From Terriglobia bacterium (lineage in GTDB: Bacteria; Acidobacteriota; Terriglobia; 20CM-2-55-15), in NCBI GenBank assembly GCA_965247425.1, contig OZ252023.1, forward strand, positions 651,892 to 715,891: a DNA stretch of 64,000 nucleotides, given 5' to 3'. The position numbers and the translations under genes were made by a program. Numbering within the stretch: the first letter of the stretch is position 1; each line of letters starts with the position of its first letter. The notes below the pieces were generated by a model. It worked only from the letters and a program-made list of their open reading frames with translations. It was not told where the DNA came from and did no database searches. Shown in pieces: positions 10,335 through 21,018 of this stretch.

Positions 10335-10575
10335 AGGAGCCTTTGCTTTCGAGGAACGCCCGGCCCTTATCTGAGAGCTGAAACACCCCGGCGGCATCGT
10401 CGACAGTGACGTATTCGTCGGTAACGAGACCCTCCATCAGTTGCGAAAACGCTTGATGGCCAGCCTGATAGAAAATGAGGCTGTGAGTGTGGAGCTCCCG
10501 CATGGGGATCGAGCCACCCTTCTTCGCTATGAATTTCATTAAGCCCTGTCGGGCCGTCTCAATATCCGTGCCCAT
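10333..10575 (-). CDS. small hypothetical protein (~80 aa)
   Basis: ORF 10333..10800 with a likely start at MGTDIETARQ…. Its stop codon overlaps the MITE TIR. Confidence 0.35.
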   Translation of the reverse strand: MGTDIETARQGLMKFIAKKGGSIPMRELHTHSLIFYQAGHQAFSQLMEGLVTDEYVTVDDAAGVFQLSDKGRAFLESKGS

Positions 10576-11033
10576 TGTTTTGTGTTCCAAGAGCCGGCCG
10601 GCTTCCCTCGGGCGTTCTCGCCTAAGGACCGACGGCGGGTGTGCAATTTTTCTCTGGGGCGAGTTCGGTCGTCGGATCGTATAACGACAAACTGAATCGC
10701 CCGCGACAATGTGTTGCTGACGTTCAACTGAGGCGCCCACCAGCACGGCCTTTTCGAGTGTGGACATGTGGTTGCGAACCGCCACCGTCGTGACGCCCAA
10801 GCAGAGGCGATCTGCTTCGCGCCGGAGGGTGCTTGAGATGCTTCAGTATTCCCATCTGAGCGGACGTCAGCCGGACTGGGGTTTTCATTCCAGAATCTTA
10901 CCTCACCCGGGGGATTTCCTAGTAAACATGGATGAACATACTTTAACTTTGTCAAACGTGAGAACCGGCTGTTAACATCGCGTACGCGACAAGGCCGACT
11001 CCCTACTCGGCAATCGAGGAGGACGACAACGAT

Positions 11034-11387
11034 ATGAGTGAACGACTCAACGATATGAGTGAACGACTCAACGATATGAGTGAGCGACACAGAGTTGCAA
11101 GTAAGAATGACGTCTCACCGGGCCAGTGCATTTCTGTAGATGTCGGTGGACAATCGGTGGCCTTGTTCAACGTCGAGGGTAATTACTACGCGATCGGTGG
11201 TACGTGCACCCACCGCGGAGCGCCCCTTGCCGACGGGAGCGTCGATTCGACGACGGTAACCTGTTCCTGGCACGGGGCTAAGTTTGACCTGAGAACAGGA
11301 AAAGCGATGGGCCCGCCGGCACCCGCGGGTGTTCCAGCCTACAAAGTTATCGTTGAGGACGACGATATCAAGGTTGAACTGACATGA
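11034..11387 (+). CDS. Rieske (2Fe-2S) domain protein (NirD-like small ferredoxin)
   Basis: CTHRGAPL…CSWHGAKF matches the CxH…CxxH Rieske motif. The N-terminus carries a 21-bp tandem repeat (MSERLND x3). Confidence 0.75.
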   Translation: MSERLNDMSERLNDMSERHRVASKNDVSPGQCISVDVGGQSVALFNVEGNYYAIGGTCTHRGAPLADGSVDSTTVTCSWHGAKFDLRTGKAMGPPAPAGVPAYKVIVEDDDIKVELT

Positions 11388-12553
11388 ACGCGCGTCACAG
11401 ATCCCGAATCTTCAGGTATGGATCGTATTCTGGGACGAACGATTCTTCCAAGACCGCCGAGACGGCGGCGTCCTTCGAACAGATCCAGCCCTCGACAAAA
11501 TATCGGCCGGCCTGCTCGACGACTCAACTGGTCGGCGTCATCACTCTAGGATTTCTGACCGTGGTTGGGGGGGGGTGCGCGAATCCTTCCTCCGATACCG
11601 ACGGAGCGGAGGCTGTGACGGAGGAAGAGTCCGTCGCTGCGACATTTCTTCCGGAAATGGAAGTGCCCCCCGACAATCCACTGACTCCCTTAAAGGTGGC
11701 GCTCGGCGAGCAGCTCTTCTTCGACAAGCGGTTGTCGGCCGCAGGTGAGGTGTCCTGCGAAACATGTCATCTGCCCGAAATGGGCTGGACCGACGGGAAA
11801 CCCTTCTCGACCACCGCCGGCGGCTCTGTGAACAGCCGTCACACCCCGACTCTGTACAACGCAGGCTACTATCGGGAGTGGTACTGGGATGGTCGCTCCC
11901 CGACACTGGAGGCGCAGATTCTCGCCGCCTGGAGGTCTCAGATGGGGGCGGAACCAGAAGAAATTGCCGCGCGGGTCGCGGACATCTCCGAGTACGAGGA
12001 GCAGTTCAGGCTCCACATGGGGACACCTGTCGATGCGGAATCGATAGTGAAAGCGCTGGCAACGTTCGTCCGCACGATTGTGTCAGACGACTCTCCGTGG
12101 GACCGTTACGAACTGGGTGACCAGAACGCCGTGTCAGCCGAAGTTGTGATGGGCTTCGACGTTTTCAGCGACAGTGAAAAGGCAAACTGCACCTTATGTC
12201 ACCTGCCGCCTCTCTACACCGATACGCTGTATCACAACATCGGTGTGGGGTTCGAACGAAGTGAACCAGATCTCGGCCGTGGTGGTTTTCTTGAACGGTC
12301 CCTGGACGAACCGACTGTCGAAACGGAAGCGCTGCGCGGGGCGTTCAAGACACCCACGCTCCGAAGTATCACCGAGACAGGGCCGTATTTTCACGATGGT
12401 AGTGCCGAAACCCTGGAGGCGGCCGTCGATTTCGTACTCGAGGGAGGCCACCCCAACCGATACCTGGATGAGAAGCTGCAACCCAGAAACCTGACAGCGC
12501 AGGAAAAAGATGCTCTCATGGAGTTCCTGCGTGCGCTCACACCAGAGCCATAA
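11384..12553 (+). CDS. di-haem cytochrome c peroxidase (CCP/MauG family)
   Basis: Two CxxCH haem-binding motifs (CETCH, CTLCH) and the CCP-family pattern …GYYREWYWDGR…. A likely lipoprotein/signal region precedes; the true start may be downstream of 11384. Confidence 0.8.
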   Translation: MNARHRSRIFRYGSYSGTNDSSKTAETAASFEQIQPSTKYRPACSTTQLVGVITLGFLTVVGGGCANPSSDTDGAEAVTEEESVAATFLPEMEVPPDNPLTPLKVALGEQLFFDKRLSAAGEVSCETCHLPEMGWTDGKPFSTTAGGSVNSRHTPTLYNAGYYREWYWDGRSPTLEAQILAAWRSQMGAEPEEIAARVADISEYEEQFRLHMGTPVDAESIVKALATFVRTIVSDDSPWDRYELGDQNAVSAEVVMGFDVFSDSEKANCTLCHLPPLYTDTLYHNIGVGFERSEPDLGRGGFLERSLDEPTVETEALRGAFKTPTLRSITETGPYFHDGSAETLEAAVDFVLEGGHPNRYLDEKLQPRNLTAQEKDALMEFLRALTPEP

Positions 12554-12723
12554 GAATTCGAGCAGCCGGTGAAACCAGGAACCCCGAAGCTGGATTCCGT
12601 CTCCACGCTCGTTGCGGTTCCGGCCCAGGATCGCGGTCCCCGGGGCGGCCCGTTGACGAGTGTTTGAGCCGCTCGAACTCCAGTCCGCACAATCTTGTTA
12701 AACTTTGTCTGCATGACTGATTT

Positions 12724-14349
12724 TTGGACGAGACGGATTCGATGAGTACGGTGAAATTTAAGGCGCTGGACGGCTTGAACTTCGACAACCGCTTCACCCG
12801 CGAACTGCCCGCCGATCCGGACACCACCAACACGCGACGCCAGGTGCATGGGGCCTGCTATTCTCGCGTTCGGCCCACACCTGTTGCCGAGCCTCGGCTG
12901 GTTGCCTACTCCCGGGAGGTCGCCGAAGAACTGGATCTCACGCATAAGGATTGTATTTCGCCGGAATTTAGAGAAGTGTTTTCAGGCAATCGATTACTCG
13001 AGGGCATGGATCCGTATGCCATCTGCTACGGCGGTCACCAGTTTGGACAATGGGCGGGCCAGCTTGGAGACGGACGTGCGATCAATCTCGGAGAAACTGT
13101 CAGTCGCCGGGGGGAGCGGAGAACATTACAGCTCAAGGGCGCCGGCCCCACGCCATATTCACGTACAGCCGACGGGCTGGCCGTTCTGCGCTCTTCGGTG
13201 CGGGAGTTCCTGTGCAGCGAGGCGATGCATCACCTCGGAGTGCCGACGACTCGGGCTCTCAGCCTTGTGACCACTGGCGAAGCCGTGGTCCGGGACATGT
13301 TCTACGATGGCCGCCCCAGAGAAGAGCAGGGAGCTGTCGTCTGTCGCGTCGCCCCGTCGTTTTCCCGTTTCGGCAGCTTTGAGATATTTGCCGTTCGGAA
13401 AGACGCCGGGGTACTCAAGCAATTAGTCGATTATACGATCCGCACGGACTTCCCCCATCTGGGCGAGCCGTCGCCAGCGGTCTATCTGCAGTGGTTTCGC
13501 GAGGTCTGCCTGAGAACTGCCGAGATGATCGTGCAATGGATGAGGGTGGGATTCGTCCACGGCGTCATGAACACCGACAACATGTCAATCCTCGGTCTCA
13601 CCATCGACTATGGACCCTACGGTTGGCTGGAGAACTTCGACCCCAACTGGACTCCCAACACGACCGACGCTGGAAGACGCCGGTACAGGTTCGGGAACCA
13701 GCCGAACATCGCCCATTGGAATTTGGGTCAGTTTGCCGAATCCATCCTGCCGTTGGTTCGTGATGTGGAGCCGCTACAAGACGCGCTCAACGGATATACC
13801 ACCGACTTCCAGGCCGGTTGGCAGGCAATGATGGCTCGGAAGTTGGGATGGCGGCGGTTCGAGCCAGACACCGACGCCGAGCTGGTTTCCGAGCTGCTGG
13901 CGATCCTTGAACTGGTGGAAACCGACATGACCCTGTTCCACCGTCGGTTGGCTCTGGTCGATGTCCATTCCGCAGTCGTCACCGACACTTTATTGATCGA
14001 ACCCTTGATGGACGCCTATTATGTCCCCGATCAGTTAACCGCCGACTACCGCGCGCGTCTTGGCGCATGGATACGGTCGTACCGGGATCGCGTTCGAAAA
14101 GACGCCATGCCTCACGATGAAAGGAATCGGCGGATGAACGCCGTCAATCCCAAGTACGTCCTGCGAAACTACCTTGCCCAATTGGCCATCGACCGGGCCG
14201 AGCAGGGAGACGACTCGATGGTTCATGAACTACTGGAGTTGCTGCGGGATCCATACAGCGAACAACCCGAGCACGAACATCTGGCCGCAAAACGTCCGGA
14301 TTGGGCACGACACCGCGAGGGTTGCTCAATGCTGTCCTGCAGTTCCTAG
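12724..14349 (+). CDS. selO: protein adenylyltransferase SelO (YdiU/UPF0061 family)
   Basis: Conserved SelO motifs are present: [21 protein letters not shown] and the kinase-like core; length 541 aa. Confidence 0.85.
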   Translation: MDETDSMSTVKFKALDGLNFDNRFTRELPADPDTTNTRRQVHGACYSRVRPTPVAEPRLVAYSREVAEELDLTHKDCISPEFREVFSGNRLLEGMDPYAICYGGHQFGQWAGQLGDGRAINLGETVSRRGERRTLQLKGAGPTPYSRTADGLAVLRSSVREFLCSEAMHHLGVPTTRALSLVTTGEAVVRDMFYDGRPREEQGAVVCRVAPSFSRFGSFEIFAVRKDAGVLKQLVDYTIRTDFPHLGEPSPAVYLQWFREVCLRTAEMIVQWMRVGFVHGVMNTDNMSILGLTIDYGPYGWLENFDPNWTPNTTDAGRRRYRFGNQPNIAHWNLGQFAESILPLVRDVEPLQDALNGYTTDFQAGWQAMMARKLGWRRFEPDTDAELVSELLAILELVETDMTLFHRRLALVDVHSAVVTDTLLIEPLMDAYYVPDQLTADYRARLGAWIRSYRDRVRKDAMPHDERNRRMNAVNPKYVLRNYLAQLAIDRAEQGDDSMVHELLELLRDPYSEQPEHEHLAAKRPDWARHREGCSMLSCSS

Positions 14350-14668
14350 GGAACGAAGACGGCCCCCGAGTCGGTGGGCGGTGGTTTAGTTGACAAAGCC
14401 TTGGCAGTAAAACAGGCGAGGATCGCGGTATCACAGCCGCGGAGGCCTTCGATGCGCTGCCGGACCTCGCCAGGGACTACGTCTGCCGCCGACTCCGTGA
14501 GGTCTTGGACGGCGAGGATCGGAGCGAGCGGCTTGCGCACCTTGCCGCGGTCCTCGAAATTCTGGGGACGATCAAGGACCATTTCGCGAATTACCAGCGT
14601 CTGGTTTCTAACCCGGCACGAGATCGACTCGTAAATCACGTCGAACTGTCGACCTGACGGACATCACA

Positions 14669-15517
14669 ATGGCTGAATTCAACGCGGCCGATGTAGGCGG
14701 CTACTACGACCGACACACCGACTATTTCGTCAACCACCGCCCGGGGGGCCGTGTCGGCGCTATCCACCGCGCAGTCTGGGCCCCCGGAGTCACCAGCCAA
14801 ACAGCAGCGTTCCAATACGTCGAGAGCCGGATTCTCGCGCACCTACGTGACCGGCCAAACGGGTCGGACCCAACGCACGTGGTGGACCTGGGGTGTGGTG
14901 TGGGCGCCAGCCTGTGCTACCTGGCCGAGCGACTGCCCATCCACGGCACCGGTCTCACACTGAGTCCGGTCCAGGTAGGGCACGCGGAGCAGCGCATCAG
15001 GGAAGCGGGACTCTCGGACCGCGTCACATTTCTCGAGGCGGACTACTGTGCGCCGCCCGACGGTCTGGCCCCGGCCGACGTCGCGTATGCCATAGAGTCG
15101 TTCGTCCACGGACCGGACCCGGCACGTTTCTTCGCGGCGTGCCGACGGATCGTCAGACGTGGCGGGCTGCTCTTTATCTGCGACGACTTCCGTCGGCGGG
15201 TCACCGAACCGGCGGCGACCCGCGCGGTTGCAAAGTTCAAGAAAGCGTGGCACCTCAACACGCTGCTCCACTCTGACGAGCTGTCAGCCTTGGCCGTGAA
15301 CGCCGGCTTCGAACATCTGTCAACGGACGACCTCACACCGTACTTGCGGCTCGGTCATCCCCGCGACCGTCTCGCCGCACTGTTCGTCGCCTTGTGCGGT
15401 TGGCTCCCGCTCGACAGGACCCGCTTCGGCTACCTGCCGGGCGGGACGGCGCTGCAGACCTGCCTGGTGCGCGGGTGGATCGGATACGATCTCGCGTTGT
15501 TCCGCCGCCATCGCTGA
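14669..15517 (+). CDS. class I SAM-dependent methyltransferase
   Basis: SAM-binding motif I VVDLGCGVGAS and downstream motifs are present. Confidence 0.7.
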   Translation: MAEFNAADVGGYYDRHTDYFVNHRPGGRVGAIHRAVWAPGVTSQTAAFQYVESRILAHLRDRPNGSDPTHVVDLGCGVGASLCYLAERLPIHGTGLTLSPVQVGHAEQRIREAGLSDRVTFLEADYCAPPDGLAPADVAYAIESFVHGPDPARFFAACRRIVRRGGLLFICDDFRRRVTEPAATRAVAKFKKAWHLNTLLHSDELSALAVNAGFEHLSTDDLTPYLRLGHPRDRLAALFVALCGWLPLDRTRFGYLPGGTALQTCLVRGWIGYDLALFRRHR

Positions 15518-15709
15518 TGGCCTGGATGAGAAGTGCACTCCCGGTCGGCGGAAGTCGCTCAGGATCGCCGGTGGTGCCACATGTAAGGCGCATATCTCGC
15601 CAGGGGCGATTGTCGCGGCTCTTGTGCATCGGCGGCAGCGGCAAAATCAGGGTAGAATGAATACGATACCTTCTGGAATGCCTTTGATGCCGTAAGTCAG
15701 TCATTTGCG

Positions 15710-16609
15710 ATGGTTCACGGACCCACCTCAGCACCGCCGATCCTGGCATGTCCGCTGTGCCGCCTGCCGCTGCCGAATGTCAGCGCGTGCGCGTGCGGCT
15801 TCAAACCGCGACTGGTAGACGGCATCGTCGATCTGATGACGCCCGAACAGCTGACCGAGTACGGAGAGTTCTCCGCGGCATACGATCGGCTAAGAGCTCG
15901 ACAGAAATGGGGTGGTGAGGATCTCGACCTTCCGTTTGGGCCCCTCGGGCATCACGAAGTGTGGGCGGTACGGCGGCGAACCTTTAAGCGACTGGACCGT
16001 CTGTTGCAGAATGAGTGCCCATCGAAAGGAACCGCCCTCGACGTGGGAGCGGGCAACTGCTGGTTGACCCGACATCTGGATCACTGGGGATTTGCCGCGA
16101 CAGCCCTCGACGTCAACGATGGGGCGCAGGACGGCCTCGCGGCAGGAGCGGCCTTCCTTTCCTGCGGGGACAGTTTCGAGCGCGTACGGGCGCCAATGGG
16201 ATGCCTGCCCTTCCTGGACCAGGTCTTCGATGCCGTCGTCGCGAGCCGCTCGATGCAGTACTGTCGGGATCTTGCTTACACACTTGGCGAGTTCAAGCGG
16301 GTTCTCAAGCCTTCTGGCGTGATTGTCGTTCTGGACTCGCCCTGGTACGAGCGCGAGAAGGACGGTGTACGGTCCCATGAGGAGGGTGTCAGAGATCTCG
16401 TCGAGCGATGGGGATTGGATGAGGCACACGCGCGCCGGTCTTTTTTCCTGTTCCGGGACGCCTTCGATGACGCCATAAGACGCAACAGTCTGGAGTACCG
16501 GCACATCCGCGTGTGGCCTGGAAGGGCACGAGCGATCGAGAGCGTGAAGGGGCGTTTCTTCGAAAGACGTATCGCGTCTTTCCCAATACTAATGATCAGC
16601 GCCACCTAG
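15710..16609 (+). CDS. SAM-dependent methyltransferase with N-terminal Trm112-like zinc ribbon
   Basis: CPLCRLPL…CACG zinc-ribbon, then ALDVGAGNCW motif I. Confidence 0.7.
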   Translation: MVHGPTSAPPILACPLCRLPLPNVSACACGFKPRLVDGIVDLMTPEQLTEYGEFSAAYDRLRARQKWGGEDLDLPFGPLGHHEVWAVRRRTFKRLDRLLQNECPSKGTALDVGAGNCWLTRHLDHWGFAATALDVNDGAQDGLAAGAAFLSCGDSFERVRAPMGCLPFLDQVFDAVVASRSMQYCRDLAYTLGEFKRVLKPSGVIVVLDSPWYEREKDGVRSHEEGVRDLVERWGLDEAHARRSFFLFRDAFDDAIRRNSLEYRHIRVWPGRARAIESVKGRFFERRIASFPILMISAT

Positions 16610-16671
16610 CGGATTTTCCAGGCAGATAACTTCTCATTTGGCGGCGTCCGGGTCGTCGAGGAGAAGAAGAC

Positions 16672-17081
16672 TCAGCGTAAAGCGCTGACTCGGTAGAGTA
16701 GACTTTCTCGGCCTCCTGCGTCAGGCCGTGATCCCTCACGAACTCCGCCAATCTTCGCCACGGCACGTTGCGAACGGGTATTGTCAGGACCAACAAGAAG
16801 GATAACGCTGCTCACGAAGTTGAAGGCGTGCCCGAGCATGAGCCTTTTCATCTCCTTGTTGTAAACGCCACCCCAGTGAGACCTGGCCAAGAAGGTCCAA
16901 CCGATTTCGACCTCGCTGTTCTCCTTGTCGTATCCATGGAATCGTGACGATCCGATCACCTGGCGATCTTCTGAATCGATGGCAATCAGTGTTCCGCCGG
17001 ATTGCAAGGCATCGTGGAAAAACACTTTGAATACGTCTTCGTTATAGCGGTCATTGATCGGATGTTGTTCCCAAATGAGTG
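16672..17081 (-). pseudogene. GNAT family N-acetyltransferase, C-terminal part, disrupted by an IS21-family insertion
   Basis: GNAT core (…QSGGTLIAIDSEDRQVIGSSRFHGY…). The ORF-track N-terminus (to 17169) is read-through into the IS. The true N-terminal exon is at 19834..19937. Confidence 0.7.
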
Positions 17082-17191
17082 GTGATTTCGCTACTCTAAA
17101 TTGGCCCACTTTTGATCGTTTGATTTGGCCCACCCCTGACGACTGAACCGGAGAGGCTGTTCCGAACAAAGAGTCGGAATGGAGGGACCCG

Positions 17192-18724
17192 GTGTCAAGG
17201 AGATCGAAGGTGGAATTATTTGAAGAGATTCGGCGAGAGCACGAGTTTGGTGTGGGAACGATCCAGGGTGTGGCCCGGCGGCTGGGGGTGCATCGGCGGA
17301 TGGTGCGTCAAGCGCTGGGAAACGCCGTGCCGCCGGCGAGGAAGAGCCCGGAGCGGAAGAGGCCGAGGCTGGAGCCGGTTATGGAATTTATCAACGGGGT
17401 GTTGGAGGCGGACAGGCAGGCCCCGCGGAAGCAGCGGCACACCAGTCACCGGATCTACGAACGGATCCGGATGGAATTTCCGAAACATCCGATTGGGGAA
17501 TCGACGGTTCGCCGGTATGTCGGGCGGCGGAAGCGGGAGATGGGTTTCATCCGACAGGAGACGTTCGTGCCGCAAAGCTACGCCTGGGGTCAGGAAGCAC
17601 AGATCGACTGGTACGAAGCCGTCGCGGAGTTGGATGGCGAACGGCAGAAGCTCCAGGTTTTCTGTATGCGGAGCATGGGCAGTGGTGGCGCATTCCATCG
17701 AGCTTATCCTCGGGCGACAAAACAGGCATTCCTGGAGGCTCATGAGTTGGGTTTCCGCTATTTTGCGGGGGTCTTCGGGGTGCTGCGTTATGACAACCTG
17801 ACCAGCGCGGTGAAGAAGATTCTGCGGGGATACCGGCGTGTAGAGACCGAACGGTTCATCGCGTTTCGGTCGCATTGGAAGTTTCAAGCCGAGTTCTGCA
17901 CACCCGGCGAGGGCCACGAGAAAGGCGGTGTGGAAGGCGAAGCCGGATACTTCCGGCGCAATCACCTGGTACCGGTGCCGAAGGCGAAGGACCTGGCGGA
18001 TCTGAATGCGCAGCTGCTGGCCGGTTGCCGGGCCGATGAACGGCGCAAGATCGGCGATCGGGTCCAGACGGTGGGTGAAGGGATGCAGATCGAACAGCCC
18101 CATCTGCTCGCGTTATCGACCGAAGGGTTCCCTCTGGCCGAGGACAGCTTTCCACGAGTCGATGGTAAGGGATGTGTACGGGTGCGTAACAACTTCTACT
18201 CCGCCCCCGTCAAGGCCGGGACTGTGGTGCGGGCGAGCGTTTTTCCGGCCTACGTGGAGGTCTGGCACGATGGCGGATGCGTGGCGCGGCATGAGCGAGG
18301 ATATGGAAACGGCCAGCACTTCTTCAATCTGGAACATTATCTGGAGGTGTTGGAGCGGAAGCCGGGCGCGCTGGCCGGGAGCAAGCCTCTGGAGCAATGG
18401 CGGCAACAGGGCCGATGGCCGAAAAGCTATGACGAGTTCTGGCAGACGTTGATCGATCGCAACGGAAAACAGAATGGGACCCGCGCAATGGTGGAGTTGC
18501 TCCTACTGGGCCGGGAACATGGCTATAGCGAGCTGGATTCCGCATTCCAACAAGCCCTGCGCCTGGGATGCTCCGATGCCGCCGCGGCGCGCTACCTGAT
18601 GACCGAGGCCCGATTCGACCGGCCGGCGGCGCCGCGACTGGAAGTGGCCGCACTACGCGCTTATGAGCGGCCCCTGCCGGAGGTGAATACTTACGATGCA
18701 CTGCTCACTGCGGAGGTGGTCTAG
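17192..18724 (+). CDS. istA: IS21 family transposase IstA
   Basis: 510 aa; HTH N-terminus plus DDE integrase core. Near-identical to copy 2 (K/Q difference). Confidence 0.9.
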   Translation: MSRRSKVELFEEIRREHEFGVGTIQGVARRLGVHRRMVRQALGNAVPPARKSPERKRPRLEPVMEFINGVLEADRQAPRKQRHTSHRIYERIRMEFPKHPIGESTVRRYVGRRKREMGFIRQETFVPQSYAWGQEAQIDWYEAVAELDGERQKLQVFCMRSMGSGGAFHRAYPRATKQAFLEAHELGFRYFAGVFGVLRYDNLTSAVKKILRGYRRVETERFIAFRSHWKFQAEFCTPGEGHEKGGVEGEAGYFRRNHLVPVPKAKDLADLNAQLLAGCRADERRKIGDRVQTVGEGMQIEQPHLLALSTEGFPLAEDSFPRVDGKGCVRVRNNFYSAPVKAGTVVRASVFPAYVEVWHDGGCVARHERGYGNGQHFFNLEHYLEVLERKPGALAGSKPLEQWRQQGRWPKSYDEFWQTLIDRNGKQNGTRAMVELLLLGREHGYSELDSAFQQALRLGCSDAAAARYLMTEARFDRPAAPRLEVAALRAYERPLPEVNTYDALLTAEVV

Positions 18725-19537
18725 TGTCCGCCACAGCCGGCGGGGTCGAACAGGCGGCGATTCAGCAGTACTGTAAAGCTCTCCGGACGCCCACGATCGG
18801 AACGCAGTTTGCGGCCATGGCCGAGCAGGCCCAGCGGGAAGAGCACACCTACACACAGTATCTGGAAGCCTTGCTGGCGATGGAAGTTGAAGAACGCGAA
18901 CGGAACACCGTGGCCCGGCGGATTCAAGCCGCACGTTTCCCTCGAATGAAGACACTCGAGGACTTTGACTTCTCGCGGTCGAAGGTTCCAGCCAACCGGA
19001 TCCGTGGACTCGCAGACGGTGGCTATTTAGAACACGCCGAAACCTGTCGTCCTGATCGGGGAGTGTGGAACGGGCAAGACGCACCTGGCCACAGGACTGT
19101 GCGTGGCCGCTTGTCGGCAGAAGAAGCGGGTTCGCTTTACGACGGCCGCCGGCTTGATCAACGAGTTGGTCGAGGCCCAACACAACGACCAGTTCCGCCG
19201 GGTTCTGGCCCGATGGTTCCGATACGAGTTGATTGCCATCGACGAAGTCGGCTATGTCCCGATGGCAGACCTCGGCGCCGAACTCCTCTTTCAAGTCATC
19301 TCGGATCGAGCCGAGCGGGCGACGGTGATCTTGACAACGAATCTGCCGTTCTCGGAATGGACCCAGGTGTTTCCCAATGTTCGGCTGTGCAAGGCGTTGC
19401 TGGACCGGATAACCGATCGCGCTCACATCATCGAGACCGGAACCGAATCCTTCCGGTTTCGGCGCACGTTGGAGAAACGACAGAAACCACGGCATCCGCC
19501 TGGAAAGGAGAAACCCGCGAAACAAACCACGTCCTGA
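18724..19537 (+). pseudogene. istB: IS21 family helper IstB, frameshifted by a 1-bp A insertion near 19040
   Basis: Copy 2 reads …[20 protein letters not shown]…. Copy 1 has gccgaaacctgtc where copy 2 has gccgaacctgtc, giving a stop-free frame switch. The frame is restored in ORF 19103..19537. Confidence 0.75.
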
Positions 19538-19833
19538 GGGTCGGATCGCCGCGCGGTCGTCGATCCTGGGCGATCCTGGAAACGGAGTTTTTTCCCGAAA
19601 GAAAGAAAAAGAACCAAAAAGAAAGAAACGGAGGCCTGTGGAAGATGACGCGCTGTGGAAATCCTAAAAACCAGGATTCCCACAGCGCTTGGAAAAGCCT
19701 CGCCAAGGGCGCTCGGCTTTCCCACATCTACAACACAGGCCCGACGGTAATTATCACTACTCGGAATTATTAACAGGAGGGGGTGGGCCAAATCAGACGA
19801 TCAAAAGTGGGCCAGACCGGGTGGACAAACCCA

Positions 19834-19937
19834 AGTGGATCTGAAGCGACTGCGTATAGATCCTCGAAATCGTCTGGTCGAAGAGGTCTGAGTTCGAGAA
19901 GCTCACCTTTCAAGATGGGTTGGAGATCGAAGGACAT
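19834..19937 (-). pseudogene. GNAT acetyltransferase N-terminal exon (MSFDLQPILKGELLELRPLRPDDFEDLYAVASDPL)
   Basis: Reverse-strand ATG at 19935-19937. The sequence joins in frame to 17081 once the IS and one TSD copy are removed. Confidence 0.65.
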
Positions 19938-20097
19938 TCTTGCCTGACAGTTTATCCTCGCATTTGGGAAGTGACCAGAGGAACATCGGACTGATTGAAG
20001 CCGGCGAAGACATACGTCGAAGGAGCGTTTGAACGAAGCCGCTGTCGCGGCGGACGCTACGCGTGGGCTGAGCGAACGGTGCTAAGCAAACTGTAGA

Positions 20098-21018
20098 GTG
20101 TGGGCTTCAAAGGAGGCCTACATGACGGACCTGCGTAAACGGATGCTGGAGGAACTCCAGCGTCGTAATTTCTCTCCGATCACCATCCGAAGTTACCTGC
20201 GAGTCGTTGAAGACTTCGCGGGCTATTTTGGCACGCGCCCCGATCGTCTCAGTCAGGAAGACCTGCGGCAGTATCACCTACATCTGATCCGGGAGCGAAA
20301 GCTCGCGGCCAAGACTGTCGGCTTGTACATTGCCGCCTTGCGGTTCTTTTTTGTAAAGACGCTGCGGCGTCCATACCTGAAGCTGGATCTCCCATATCCC
20401 AGAACCCCGAAACGATTGCCGACGGTTTTGAGCCAGGACGAGGTCGCACGACTGATCGACTCGGCAAAGAATTTGCTGGATTACGCGATGCTCATGACCT
20501 TGTACGCCACCGGGATGCGCCGAGCCGAGTTGATCCGGTTGAAGGCCGAGGATGTTGATAGCGAGCGCATGATCATCCACATCCGTCAGGGCAAGGGTCA
20601 TCGTGATCGCGACGTGCCATTGACACCAAAGCTCTTGCAGACGCTACGAGAATACTGGTGTTGGATGAAGCCCAAGACCTATTTGTTTCCGGGCATGGTG
20701 AACAACTGGCGCGCCGACAAACCCCTCACCCCCAAGTGCGTGTGGTCCGCCGTACACGATGCGGCGAAACGTGCCGGAATCAAGAAACGCGTATCCCCGC
20801 ACACGCTGCGTCACAGCTGGGCCACTCACCTACTTGAAAATGGCACCGATCTCCGCACCATTCAGATGTTAATGGGTCACGCGGACCTGCGAGCCACCAG
20901 CGTCTATCTGCACCTGTCTCGACGTCACCTGCAGGCGGTCACCAATCCGGTGGAGACCATGGCGGTTTCCAGCCTCGATGCGGTGAAGCGGTCCAAAAGA
21001 AGGAAGCAGAAACAATGA
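20098..21018 (+). CDS. tyrosine recombinase / phage-integrase family protein
   Basis: C-terminal catalytic region HTLRHSWATHLLENGTDLRTIQMLMGHADLRATSVYLH, with R…HxxR…Y. Confidence 0.8.
   Translation: MWASKEAYMTDLRKRMLEELQRRNFSPITIRSYLRVVEDFAGYFGTRPDRLSQEDLRQYHLHLIRERKLAAKTVGLYIAALRFFFVKTLRRPYLKLDLPYPRTPKRLPTVLSQDEVARLIDSAKNLLDYAMLMTLYATGMRRAELIRLKAEDVDSERMIIHIRQGKGHRDRDVPLTPKLLQTLREYWCWMKPKTYLFPGMVNNWRADKPLTPKCVWSAVHDAAKRAGIKKRVSPHTLRHSWATHLLENGTDLRTIQMLMGHADLRATSVYLHLSRRHLQAVTNPVETMAVSSLDAVKRSKRRKQKQ

Larger units (their letters stand above)
17082..19833 (+). mobile_element. IS21-family element, type A copy 1 (2752 bp), TSD AGTG
   Basis: Contains istA/istB. Ends are GTGATTTCGCTACTCTAAATTGGCCCAC… and …GGACAAACCCA, with internal repeats TGGCCCAC. 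Flanked by AGTG at 17078-81 and 19834-37. Confidence 0.85.

Noticed and set aside
10539-11090. 183-aa minus-strand ORF with THIVESF repeats
   Set aside because: It is antisense to the Rieske gene's 21-bp tandem repeat and upstream region, with no support.
17216-18103. Long antisense ORFs inside IS21 copies (also 32818-33705 and 33120-33701)
   Set aside because: They lie opposite istA, and the same artefactual ORFs recur in the identical copy. They are high-GC open frames with no features.
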